From Pecten maximus (taxonomy: Eukaryota): a stretch of 64,000 nucleotides of DNA. This document shows, piece by piece, positions 12,771 to 25,718 of the stretch. A program made the position numbers and the translations under genes. Position 1 is the stretch's first letter. The number at the start of each line of letters is the position of its first letter. The notes beneath the pieces are model-generated. The model had not been told where the DNA came from. It did no database searches and saw only the letters and a program-made list of their open reading frames with translations. The stretch lies in assembly GCF_902652985.1 (NCBI RefSeq), contig NC_047021.1:35216001-35280000 (forward strand). Reading direction: 5' to 3'.

Positions 12771-13877
12771 TTTTTTTTTTTGACATATTGTTTTTTGTCA
12801 TGTGCATGAGGACACAGATGTTCTATTGCCATCTTTTCAAGAATGTTCAAGAAATAAAAAAAATAAATGAGTTTCCTAAAAACTGTGATGAAATAGAATG
12901 CAATGACTTGTGGAAAATCCCAGTGTCCTACTTGTACATTGTGATCAAAAAAGAAGTTGTATTTGGGATTACAGCACATCAGTAAAATGGCCGGAACTTC
13001 GTCTTCACCATTCTGGTGTCTAAACCGTTGCTGAGGAAAAGTAATGGTCTTCCTTTGAAGGGGAAGGAAGTAGCCAAAAGTGAAGAAACAGTGAGGAAGA
13101 TAGAAGAATAAATCGGCAAGACTCGTGTCCTGGCGGCATTGGTAAAGAAATCAATTTCTGGATAAAAAGGCCGCTTACCAATCGGTAGAAAAAGATTTAT
13201 TATGGCACTGAAAGCAGCGTTCTATTTAGAGGGAGTGGTTGCTGTTCAGCGAGCTTAACTTAAATGACCTTATATCAGACTTGCATTTTATTAGTCAATG
13301 AAACTAAACTATTTGTGTACTCTAATGTATGGGAGTAAAATTCGTCAATGAATAGGGAGGATTCTTGCCTAGGTTCATTGGTTTATGAAAACTTAAGAAT
13401 GGCATACAAAAGTATTCATGGTCATTCTGAGCAACACATGGGAAAGAAGAGAAATGATCTCCAGCAAAAGTTCTTTTAATGTCAGCTTATCACCACCAGA
13501 CACCGTCATGAACACAACAGTAAGTATAGCATCCAGTTTAACTTCCGTGTTCCAAAGGTACACTCTATAAACAATGTCGAGGAAAATGTGTGGGAACACT
13601 CGCACTGGTTGTCATAAATATGACGTCGCCGGAAAATTGAGAGAAAAATATTTAACATTAAATGTGTCCGACTGTATAGGGAATGAAACAAATACCACAA
13701 ACTTTGAGATTTCTTGTTACCACTTATTGCCAATACTAGTCTGTGTAGCAACAACAAACAGTACGAGCTACCAGACGGCTACTGCGTTGTCTGTTCGATG
13801 AGCTGAGACAATTCTTCAATGGTAAAGCATCATTTATTGGTATCACTTTCAACGTTCGGCAGTGAATTATTTACATC

Positions 13878-14150
13878 TTATGACTGTACGGCTGTAATTA
13901 TTTGATTAATAGAGTCTTTCCCTGCCTTGGGGTTGTGACAAAGAAATCTCAACCCTCGGGGGAATTCATGAATGTCCACCCAAAGACTTGCCGATGGTTG
14001 AGATTTCTTTGTCACACTCCTTAGGTAGGGAATGATTATGTCTCCCTTTGGTGAGCAAGGTCTATTTGTAAACAAATGAAAAAAAAGCCTAACAATATCA
14101 TTACACAAGAAAACATACTTGTAGGTCTAAAATTAATTCACAATATTTAT
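13878..14150. mobile_element. Non-autonomous element with internal perfect hairpin (Crypton/MITE-like)
   Basis: Perfect 21-bp inverted repeat TGTGACAAAGAAATCTCAACC (13934-13954) / GGTTGAGATTTCTTTGTCACA (13996-14016). Outer boundaries approximate. Confidence 0.45.
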
Positions 14151-15659
14151 TCAAACATACACTTAAATAAGGTATCAGTGATACTATTCTGATGCTAACA
14201 ACAGTCCATCTTTTCATTCCATAAAACTTTGTGTCTCTTACGCATATTTAACACTAAATAATATAGCGGGAACTATAGTGACGTCACTTAAGCATCGGAA
14301 TAGTTTTGTATGGTATTTTGATCTATTTGAACGCCAGAGCTTTACAAGCAAACAACATGCGCAATTGCGCATCATGATTAACTTCGGAAGTACTTCCGGT
14401 TCAGAAGGTGGGCGTGTGCACTCTGTCAAACCCATCGACAGATACAGCTCATGAGCCTCGTGATTTCAACGTTCACTCACTACATCTGCTGTCGCTAAGT
14501 AGTTACTGATCGGTGAGCTTAACCGAAATAGCAATAAAGCATTCATAGTCATTGTCAGTCAATTATAATCTATGTTGGGATACCATTGGAAAGAGGGAGT
14601 TATCCGTACTCGGCATGGTTTACATTGAGAGGTTAATATGGTGTTTCAAATTCTGTACGAAGTAACTCAGGATCGGCCATTTTAGTGACGGTCACTTGTA
14701 TAAAAAGGACAGTCATGGTCACCCTGCTTTAAAGGCCGCAAGGCCGCAAGGCCGTAATACCGGACGTAAAACCCGTTTAATAAATAAATCACCCTGCCAA
14801 TCATTACATGTACCTTGAAGGTGACACTGTTCCTCAGACAGAATCCGTTTCAGTAGTGGCGAGACAGTTGGGTCCACGTGAGTATCGGATACCCGTATAT
14901 TGAAATCGTTTTATCAAAATATGATGAGTGAAAAAATTGCACCCGGATGTTACAGAGGATGACAGTACTGTGGCGAAAACATAGTTGTCATTTGAAGAGA
15001 GGTCAAACCCACGGCTACCGTAGAGGAGAGAGTGAGAAGCAATTAAAGAAGACACACCCCAGGTTCCAGTAGAATATAGTATAAAACGGAACAAAACTGA
15101 TAAATATGTCGGTTCTAAGAGAACATCAAGGCAGAGAAGTAAGGCTTTAGAGGATACGGGAGACCGGTTTCCATTTGCGAAAAAAAATACAACAATAAAG
15201 CATAACTTTCTTGAGCGACAAATTTAAAGACATTACCCAGCCTGCTGAAATGTCTTTTTTCGCGGTTCCACCGAATGCATATTTAACTGAAACACCTGGT
15301 GGATTTGTCATCTTACCTTTTCGTAAAAAAAACAATATGTTTTAAATATATATATAGATATATCCTATTGATAGCAGAGCAAAAATCATGTATTGATTTT
15401 AAACATCCTCGTATATTTGAAAATGCCTGACAAATCACATGTGATATTCTTATTAACACGTGGGGAGAAATATACTATATAGGGACAATGTCTTTGTTGA
15501 AGCTTGGGATAACCTTTCCGTGACCTTTCTTTATAATAACAAAGGACCTTTATGTCGCTAACCAGGTGACCAACAGTTTGGTTAAAAACAAAAAGAAAAA
15601 CGAGGATTTCTGTTGTTGTTGTTTTTTTTTCTCAAGTCGTTCAAACAAAGTATGTGTAT

Positions 15660-16300
15660 AGTAAAAGATGAATATATATTTTATGTGGATTTTGATCAAA
15701 TATTCGATTTTGCTTGGAAGGGAGGCTTACTACACAAATTTGCAAAATGTAGAATTTTGAATAACTTTGTCAAATTTTGTGGTATTATACAAATGTTGAA
15801 AATACTTCTTTGTTTACTGGCTTATCACCTACACGACTGGTTGGCTACGTCAGTGTTCTGTCGGAGTCCGTTAATTAGATACTGGCTTACCACCTACACG
15901 ACTCTGCCTATTGGCAGGTCTCACCGACTGTAGTCAGTGTTCTGTCGGCGTTTGTTAATTAGTTACTGGTTTACCACCTACACGACTCTGCCTATTGGCA
16001 GGTCTCACCAACTGTAGTCAGTGTTCTGTCGGAGTCCGTTAATTAGTTACTGGTTTACCACCTACATGACTGCCTATTGGCAGGTCTCACCGACTGTAGT
16101 CAGTGATCTGCCGGCGTTTGTTTATAAGTTACCGGCTTACCACCCACATGACTCTGCCTATTGGCAGGTCTCACCGGCTGTAGTCAGAATTCCTCTGTGG
16201 TATGAAAAGACCTTAGGCTTACTATGAAAGTTGAAAAATTGTGCGATTGTAAAGAATTTTGTCATGATGATCACTAACATGTATGAAAACGCCTCATAAG
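15660..16300 (+). mobile_element. Decayed non-LTR retrotransposon RT fragments (CR1/L2-like) flanking a tandem repeat
   Basis: FYVDFDQIFDFAWKGGLLHKF resembles RT FVDFxKAFDxVWRxGLxxKL. A second piece GLL*KLKNCAIVKNFVMMITNMYEN lies at ~16215-16290. Confidence 0.5.
15849..16187. repeat. ~84-bp tandem repeat (4 copies)
   Basis: GTCAGTGTTCTGTCGG...CTGCCTATTGGCAGGTCTCACCGACTGTA starting at 15849, 15933, 16017 and 16099. Confidence 0.88.
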
Positions 16301-16694
16301 CTGCCAAACGTAGTGTTATTCTAAAGATGTCCGTGGCTTTAGAGGTGTCACGACGATGCAGGGTTTTTGATAACAACCATGCGTCACGGATAAATTCAGA
16401 AATCTGGCGTTGGATATCTGTTGCTCTCATACTCCATTTTTCTTCTCGCAAACCCTGAACGTCTGTATGCTTCAGTGATAGGTTAATTCAATTAACCGAC
16501 ATTTAATCAAAGTAATCAAAATATAATCTTTTAAGGAGCTAAATGCATGAACAACTATGTCTTCAAATTTGGTAAAATGTGGTATATTCAACTTTTGGAC
16601 AACTTTACAAACTGGACGGATAAAGGATTGTCTGATGACGGTCTAAAGTTATCAATAAAAAGTTCTCTAACGAAGTCTCCTATTTCCAGTCTCT

Positions 16695-16820
16695 TTTATA
16701 TACTTTGTATACTTTATATACTTTGTATACTTTATATACTTTGTATACTTTTATATACTTTGTATACTTTTATATACTTTTATATACTTTGTAAACTTTT
16801 ATATACTTTGTAAACTTTTA
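16695..16820. repeat. Simple repeat (TATACTTT[G/T/A])n
   Basis: Visible 9-10 bp periodicity. Confidence 0.85.
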
Positions 16821-18433
16821 TCAGTTCTTTTCTATTCTGCAATTCATCTGTATAGTGTTATGAAACATACCCTTTCGGTTGATAAGTATGTATAATGATA
16901 GATTTCCCTGTATCACAACCAGTGTAGAACCTCAAGTTTGCGTTGCTACACTGGCGCCTCCATCATAGGTGTGACGTGTACAATATTATAGTACATGAGT
17001 CTATGGGACCCCTTATCTCTGTTAAGAACTAAATAGCTTCAGTGTATCCAGGATTTTTTCATCTCCTGCAGCTTGATGACATTTTTTGTCACTCACTTTG
17101 GAATTATCCCATTAAACGATGTGTTTCTGTTGTACGGCATATTTGAGTGTCGATTTATTGTCTTATGAATGTGACAGTGTTACCATGGCCATTTTTCTCG
17201 AAATACAGCAAACATGCTAAGATTGAGATTGGATGTGGAATAGTTCTGACGGGCGGTAGGACGTGCTTTATTAACATACATAGCTCTATGGTGTCAAACA
17301 TTAGAATTACCTTAAATGTTTTCGTCGGACATGTATATCGCATGCATGTACCGATCGAGACATGCACATCCGGGGCAGGTGTTTTGTGCATGTACGTGTT
17401 GCAGGCGCATTGCTTCACGCAAGAGTTGCAACCTATCCTTTGAAGTCGTTGTTTTAATACACTAAAGTTACGTCTGTTGTGAAAAGATGTAGATTAGACA
17501 GTTTAATTGTCGAATTGTTTTAGTTTTATTTACAAGGAACCTGAAATCTCGGTTCTTTCTCTGCTTCAACTCTCCTTCTGCTCCTCGACTTTCTCATCTT
17601 TATATTAAGGAACAATTCAACAATGAACATGTGTTGTATATTTTATAGAAAATCTCGTAAAACCCATTTTGTCTGCAGTATAAAATGTAAGTAGATAAAG
17701 GCCAAGCTTATCTTCAAATCTCCCATCAGTACATACACATAAACGGTGTAATGATTAAATTGTGTTGGTACACTCAACATGAACGTCAATGGTAAAGTTG
17801 ATAAATATCTCCTGTCTGTACAACTCAATATATTTATCATTATATACATAATATGATATATAATGCATATTTCTTTAACAGCGGATTTATTTTGAATAAT
17901 TTGGAATCATCACGTGCACATAGTATAGTTTTTGGGTAATCCCATATTTAAATATAGTTATGATGTACTCAATCAAAATGTCGTCGACTGCCTTAATACA
18001 AAATGCACGTGACCATTTCTGATCACGCAGGCTTAATCCTCTAAAATAATAAATTAGAGTTTTCTCTGGTCCCAACCCCAGAATTTGGATTTTGACGAAT
18101 AGTCAACGTATGATGTTGGGGTCAGAGGAAAATCGGGTCAATTAACATATTTTTCCTGACAATGGTACCCAAGGGCGTAAGCGTAATTTCCGTTAAGCAT
18201 TGGTCACTGACGTTAAGGGTCATGATGTCTCTCTTTCTACTCCGGTGTTCTACTGGGTCCCTGGTGGTCTCCTCGATTCCAGCTGTTGTCTGCTGTATCA
18301 ACTTGATAATTAGATTTTGTCACAATTTTATAACTGGAGAAAAAATATCTTAGCTGGGTCAGAGTTGTGATGTGATACTTGTGATTCCAAAAACGATAAC
18401 ATCAATTTATGAGTGGTGGTGTGTTGTGGTTTT

Positions 18434-18465
<32 letters not shown>

Positions 18466-18904
18466 TTAGTTTTGTTAACATTTTGAAGGTAGACCTCGGG
18501 AGTGCAAAATGTATGTAGATATATAATGCATACTTGTCACACGTTTCTATTTCTGTGACGTCACGATACTTGGACCTTTTTCAACACAAACACTGCCAGA
18601 AGTAAGGTGTAAGTATCTGGGTGGATCTTAAGAAATACTGTCGCTCCATTAAATTTACCTTATATTTAACGACTGACTGAATAAAATCATCACCTAAGTC
18701 TAATGATATATAAGCACGACATTCTTCCCGAAAACATACAGCTGTTTATGTATAACTAAGTCTATTGGTAAGTGGTCTCCGAAATACGAAAAAAGATATG
18801 CCTATTTGAGACCAAGATTGATTTTTGTCAAACAGTCATAATTTAGAAATATTTGAAGACGAGCGTATATGTCGTGGAACTGGACTGGGCCGGAAGTACT
18901 TCGT

Positions 18905-18998
18905 GTAGCTCAAATGATTAGATCGTCCTTCTGGGTTTGGAAGTCAAGTTCCGGGTTCGAGTCCCATTCTGGTCGAGACATTTTTCCTCTTCTGTTAC
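18905..18998 (+). repeat. Degenerate tRNA-derived sequence (SINE head-like)
   Basis: A-box-like GTAGCTCAAATGATTAGA and B-box GGGTTCGAGTCCC. No intact cloverleaf. Confidence 0.4.
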
Positions 18999-21291
18999 AT
19001 ATATGTGTTTTATGAAATATGTCAATGTTCAGTAATCTTCGCTTTATACTTTCAAAATAAGATATTCGTTTAGCTGCAGGTTCAGGAAACTGTTGTTCCC
19101 CAAGGTCATGGCGACTGTATACATTTATGTAGAGATCCTGCCATCAAATGGATGGTGTTCAACTGTCCTCTCTCTAGAGGAAACTGGGGCAACAGAGATC
19201 ACAGGAATTATGTGTACAGTATACTTCCTATTATAAATGTGTAATTAATGAAGTGAAAGTGTTAAAGACGATTTGTTTATATTTGGTTAGGCAACTCGCA
19301 TTTTTCAAAAATCGCAACCCGCATTTGTAGACGCACAACTGGCATTTTGCAACTGGCATATCGTATTTTGTAACTTACAACTCGCATTTTAACTCGTAGT
19401 TTCAATTCACAACTCGCACTTTCTTTGTAAATCGTAACTAGCATTTTTTCTCTCGCAGCTTACGAGCATAAAACATTTGCAATGTTTTTATATGATAATT
19501 AATGCTTTTATCGACAGTGTGGAATGCTATACATCACAACAACAAAACAACTGAAGACAATGACCATCAGTTAGACGAGTCTTGTTATTATACAAGTGTT
19601 AAACAACGGATTACATCAAAACAAAAAAGGACATAGTATATAAAATCAAACCATTCAGTTTTAAATAAGTTTAAGATTGTTTAAAATATATTATAATATT
19701 ATCAAATATAGAAGTATTTCCCGTCATTTCAGTATTTTGATATAAATTTTCAGCTAATATTATGTTGGTGAAATAGGAACAAAGTATAACATATAACATA
19801 TAACATAATATATTTGCATTTGTGCAAGTAATTTTATCATAGTATACAACCAGGCATAGAAAGAATGGAGCGAAATATATTACAAGACATTGCATTTAAC
19901 TCGTGAAGTATATACATCAAACTTAGTTGGGATGTCATATAAGAACAATATATATATAGTAACAATATACAATAAAGAAGCTAACACGTAGGCCGGTTAT
20001 TAATTTGCTCCCATATTATCTATCAGACTTTATTGCTGTTAAATGCATTAATATGTTGATGTAGGCGATACCAAAGTTAACAGTATGGTATAAGACTCTT
20101 TTTGCCACATTATACTAGGATAAGTATTTCCTGGCACTATTTCAAAATACAAGGAATTGCTACATTAGCGTGCATGGGACCAATCGTCTGTCGACATTTG
20201 TCCTAAAAATGTCCGTCGTCTTCAGGAACGACCTCGCAGTAACGATAAAGTATGTTAATTCGGATACATAAGTGTTTGTTAGATTGCATAGGTAAACACA
20301 AATGTTAATATAATACGCGCAAATCAAATAAACATCATCTTATGTTTCTAGAAATCGGAAAGAGAAAAGTAACGTATATAACAATGCATTTGATATAGAA
20401 ATTTTTTTATAATTAAGCATAATTGAAATTTATATTAGATATTTAGCTGATTGATAATTAAGTTTTTTAAAACACATATAAGTTTCTATCTTTATAAAAA
20501 TAATAATTGAAGCACACTTTGAATCAATCTCAGAACAGGATTCCGAATGATGACATAAAACCCATAGGATAGTAGGTGAGGACATTTTACTAATAACTAG
20601 CACTCCTCGAAAACTACACTACATCTTTGAAATTATTTTTACTGGTTGCACGAACATTCCAATGAAATGTTGAATAGCGCCAAATGTTTTCATAAAACTA
20701 GCGCCAAATTCTCTAACCATGCACTTGCAATGGACACCACAGCTAGTAATAAGACATGGACATATACTAAAGAGTTTTCAGAGAGGGCAGAAGTAAGATG
20801 ACACCAAAAGTGAAGGGGAATATATATTTGTAATCGTCTTTATTCAGGATAGTTTTTGTGTAAACATAGGGGATTAGGAACTTCATACCGGTATAGTATC
20901 AGTAGAGATGTGTAATTTCGTTAATCCATTTTTATTTACGCAAATATTCATTAATTGTTCAAGCCTCATAAGACGTTACACGACTTGGAATATTCTTAAT
21001 TATCTATTATGCTAATTCATTTTTTGCAATATCAACCTACTACAAATATTTTCATATCAACACATGTTAACCGTCGTGTATGTGTATGCTATATCGTTTC
21101 AAATACCGCTAAGATCATTTGATATGAAATGATTTTATTATGTACAAACATGATAAAAGACGATATATAATACAAGGGAAATAACTCATATTGTATTAGA
21201 ACAAGCATGTATTTCTATTCCATACCTAAGATGTGTGTTGAAGAATCTTTATTTCAAATAAAAGTTTCTTAAATCCGACGCCGATGTATAT

Positions 21292-21545
21292 CTATCGAAT
21301 CATCAATTTGGATTTTTTCAAAGGTGTAGCTATCGACCTCCGATCAGGAAAGTTCCGCCAGATTATTGCCATAGTATTCAATTCTCCATTGTCTGTAACG
21401 TTAAGTCCGATCAGATTAGAAGTAAAACAGTCGTAGTACCACTAACTACCACGACATGACAGAGCACAACTGTCACCTTCTTGGATATCATTGTCTCTGT
21501 CAAATGTGGTGAAAGCATAACCACCATGGGTGGACAAGGCATCAT
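21292..21545 (-). pseudogene. Fibrinogen-related domain (FReD/ficolin-like) last exon, copy B, premature stop
   Basis: TTTTAG acceptor, then DALSTHGGYAFTTFDRDNDIQEGDSCALSCRGS*WYYDCFTSNLIGL...WRNF...PLKKSKLMIR*. Matches the FBG motifs FxTxDRDND, GWWY, SNLNG and MMIR. TGG>TAG at the first W. Confidence 0.85.
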
Positions 21546-22428
21546 CTAAAATAACGAAAAAAATAAATATCATGAACCATTTACCCCCTCCGCCTACACA
21601 TATATTTATATTGGACTGGCAACACAATGGCTATAACTTTATCTACCCAGTCAGTAGGTAGCGAATGATGTATTTAAGTCATTTGTAACAATTAAAATTG
21701 TTCTGCGTCGGTGTGACTGCGTTATGACTTTTTTTTCGTTTAATATGTTTTCTGGTAAATAATGGAATGAAACAATATATATCGAAAAGTGGCTAAGATC
21801 AGAAAGCAGACACGTGACAGTCACCAACGATAAGTTTACGTGTATCACTTATTTACGGAAGCTGTAATAGTACGCATGCGCAATTCGGCAAGGATAACAT
21901 TAACATGGCAGTCAATGACCAACTGGCCCTATACATTACGACATGACTGTGAAAACCACTCTGATTCATCGTCGGCAATTTAAATATATCCTATCGACAT
22001 GTTTATTTTATATATATAAAAGTTGTGACCAGCACACCGACAGCAGAGTTGAGCTATCGCGGCCCGATGATATCGTCATATAAAAACAGGCTTTGGCGAA
22101 ACAATCATGCTGACTTCAATATGCAGAGGGCGTAGTTATGTTGCTGCTGATGAAAAGAAATTAATTATTAAAAGTGGGGTAAAGGCTGCAATAGAATAAA
22201 CTACATACATTTAAGCTAAAGAGAACAATTATGCTTCATACTAGTTTGTAATGATCTGAAAATATACATTTCGTGTAATTACGACATTGATTTTACTAAT
22301 TTGAAACTTCTTTATATTTCACTGTTTATAAATTAAAAAGCTAACAGTGTAAAAAACTATTTGCATTTTTTATTTTTGGTTTGTGAATTTCACTGTTATG
22401 AGTTGTACGGAGAACTTTCATGAAAATG

Positions 22429-22715
22429 AGGGGATACCCGCGGTGGCTGAGTGGTTAAGGTGTCCCAACACTTTATCACTAGCCCTCCACTTCTGGGTTG
22501 CCAGTTCGAAACCTACGTGGGGCAGTTGCCAGGTACTGACCGTAGGACGATGATTTTTCTCCGGGTACTCCGGCTTTCCTCCACCTCCAAAACCTGGCAC
22601 GTCCTTAAATTACCCTGGCTGTAAATAGGACGTTAAACACAAACAAATAAACCCGGTTTCGAACCAGGGACCTCTCGATCTGCAGTCGAATGATCTACCA
22701 CCGAGCTATATCCCC
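22429..22715 (-). tRNA. tRNA-Cys(GCA) pseudogene split by a SINE insertion (copy B)
   Basis: Removing 22441-22655 rebuilds GGGGATATAGCTCGGTGGTAGATCATTCGACTGCAGATCGAGAGGTCCCTGGTTCGAAACCGGGTATCCCCT. Acceptor stem GGGGATA/TATCCCC is perfect, anticodon is GCA, and a TTTT terminator follows. Confidence 0.88.
22441..22650 (+). mobile_element. tRNA-derived SINE with V-domain-like core
   Basis: A box TGGCTGAGTGG, B box GTTCGAAAC, core TTTCTCCGGGTACTCCGGCTTTCCTCCAC and tail AAACACAAACAAATAA. Flanked by ACCCG direct repeats. Confidence 0.85.
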
Positions 22716-25700
22716 TTCATAGCCACCACTAACAAGTATGCATTATTATTTATATATTTCTGTGATGCAATATGCTTCAACATATGAAATAGTATCAACA
22801 TATGACTGAAATATTAAATATCGAGTCGAATGTCTAGGATTAAATAGTGTGATTATCTTTTTCAATACACAGATAAGTTAGTTCTTCTCGATTTAGATGT
22901 GTTAAATATAGGTTGGTTGTTTGACTTATGTGGATCATAGGTTAATTTTTCGATTAATTTGAATTATTTTCATTCAACGGAATAAATCATAATAAATGTC
23001 TTTATGTGATTACCTAATAATAGCTGACGTGATTTGTACTGGTAGTGCACAAATACACACGTCCTGTGTGTGTTTACCTTTGTGTAAACATAAAACTTAC
23101 TACCAACTATCAACACCTAATGGATAATAAACTCACTGTCAATTATCTAATCACATCAAAATCTGCAGAGGAGACACATCACGCTCTATAAATATATATG
23201 ACTGTGACTCTGTTACTCCTGTGTAACAATATATTCATATTTTTTTTCACTAACGGCATATCCACTGATATATGCAAATGTCACGCAAAAATACTATTGT
23301 ACCTATAAACAAGTGATGTGTTTAAGTATGGATTTATCAACAGATACACGACAAACTGTATAACAAACAAAACTAAAGGGTATGAAAATAAAAATACACC
23401 CATTCAATATTACTTTCATCTACCTACCACAACTTCAGCGCATTAAACGACAAGTAATATAGACAGGTTGTGGGTTTTGATTTTTTAAATAACTTTTTGG
23501 ACCACACGATTATCTCTCGCGGTATGTTATATTACATTTTCATGAACACAACAAAGAAGCTATCCGGATATATGTCTGGCCTTGTTTGTTTATTAGGATC
23601 GTATTTCCCGTGACGACACGTGACAAGGAGTACAGAAGGTCCATGTTGACGTTTCTGTGAAACCCGTGGCTGAGCGATTACAGAACTGTGAGTAATTACG
23701 TGTATATTGACCTTTAACTATTAATGATATCGGTATCATAATAAACTACAGGCTTTCAGTATACAATGATCGATACTCTGGAGGATATTATCTTTATAAC
23801 ACCAGGCTAATATCAACCGTATGTAAAACGAAAGTTTGACATTTGCGGATTTGAAGAAATCTGAAGAAATATAAAGACGTAAATACATAAACAATGACAA
23901 TATTTTGCTTGATAGACAAATGCATATATATGTAACATTAACATAGATAAAATGAGGCTAGCTTGTACGTGTCTACTTTCGTTTTATATCAGTTTAACAT
24001 TGGTATCCGATGCACTGTTTATTCACGCACGGTTTTAAACGCATGCTCAGATTGAAAACGTTGCTTATCGAGTCATATTTCAGTCAAATATATCTTGTGA
24101 TTAAAACTATTTCTAACTTTCCTCGTGATCAAATCGTTACCCCGAGTTCTCAGAAGTCCTTCCAATTCGAGAATGTGTACTTTCGTTTTCAATATTTTCA
24201 ATGTGTCTTAGGTCGTCAATTTTGAATATACAATATATTTCAATGCATATCATCTGGAAATTCTAGAGGTCAGAAGTTAAAGCAGAAAGATCCTAAATAA
24301 TTTTCATGAAATTTGGAAAGTACATTAATTATATAGATTTGATATATTAATCTGGGACTATATAACTTGCATCACATTCTTCATGAAATTATTAAAATTA
24401 ACAATTAGCAATGTCGCTATATTAGTGACGTTCCATTTAAATCGCGGAAATGGAGAAAACTGTTAAACACTTTGAAAACATCTAATCAGATAAAGTGTAG
24501 CATGAAAGATAACGTATACAATGATTATATTACGATTACAATAGATTACATCACTGGAACAAAAACTGTTCAATGACAGTTTTAAAAGTCCATATATTAC
24601 ATTTAAAATGATTGAATTCATCCAAATATTATTCAAATGGTCAATCAAAAATAATATCTAATAAATTTGTTCAGCAAGGTTGTTATAACTAAAATATACA
24701 GGGGTTGTGATTTAATATTGAGGTACAAATAATCTATATGGGTTTGCAATGAAGGCAAACTAATACATTATCCCGTTGAAAGTCATGCTGATAAATGATA
24801 CTTTAACATGATATTTTTGTGCAACTATTCTAACATCTCAGTGATGAATGTATTGGAGAAAACTAAAGATGGACTCTTTTTATCCCACGTTAAAACATGA
24901 TTGTTAACTTTGTAACAACTACTTTTGTAGCAAATAGGGATATATGTTACATTTATTTTTGTAAGAAAACATATTTGTAACAAGTTGTCACAAGTTGGCA
25001 CGTGATATATTGTTACAAAAATAGCTATTGCAAATTCACTCTCATCATCCTGTCAAACACATTTCACTTTGTTACAGCAAATTGTGTAATAGATCGGCAC
25101 CCTACATCCGTTCGTCTGTGTGCCCGTTCGTCCACAGTGCTTTATCGGGACATAACTCAACTGATCTCTGCAAAACTTTGTACTCGTGTCAGACCAAAGT
25201 CCTAATTGTTCTCCCTGTTAATGGAAAAAAAACCAGTTTTCATAGTTCGAGGTTACCATGGAAACAAAAAGTCAAATAAAAAATTGACTGCAAATTACCC
25301 AAGGGTTTCAGTTTAAAACATTCAACTGATTTAAAAAAACAACAACTGTTGTGCCAATGGATATATCTGTTACCATGGAGGGGGTAATGCTATACTTTCA
25401 GGCTATTATTTTTCTATTAATGCATTCCTGATAAATAAATAATCACGACAAGATAATGAAAAATAATAAAGTTAATCATGAACGACTAAATAATCTGTTA
25501 TTATCCATGTATTAACATTATTTGCTTAATCAGACGACCAAGATGACCAATGCATTTTCAACGAAAACAGCTAGGCATTATGGGTGTTTTGTTTACATAA
25601 TGCCTTAATTGAAGTATTTATACTTAACGAGCACGAACCTTGTGATCTGAAACACGTGTATCTGTAGGATTTTGATTTGGACATCTTGATTCTAGGTAAC

Positions 25701-25718
25701 ACAGACACCATCTTTAAC

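Noticed and set aside
22418-22600. ORF MPGFGGGGKPEYPEKNH (also 55798-55980)
   Set aside because: Antisense translation of the V-SINE core.
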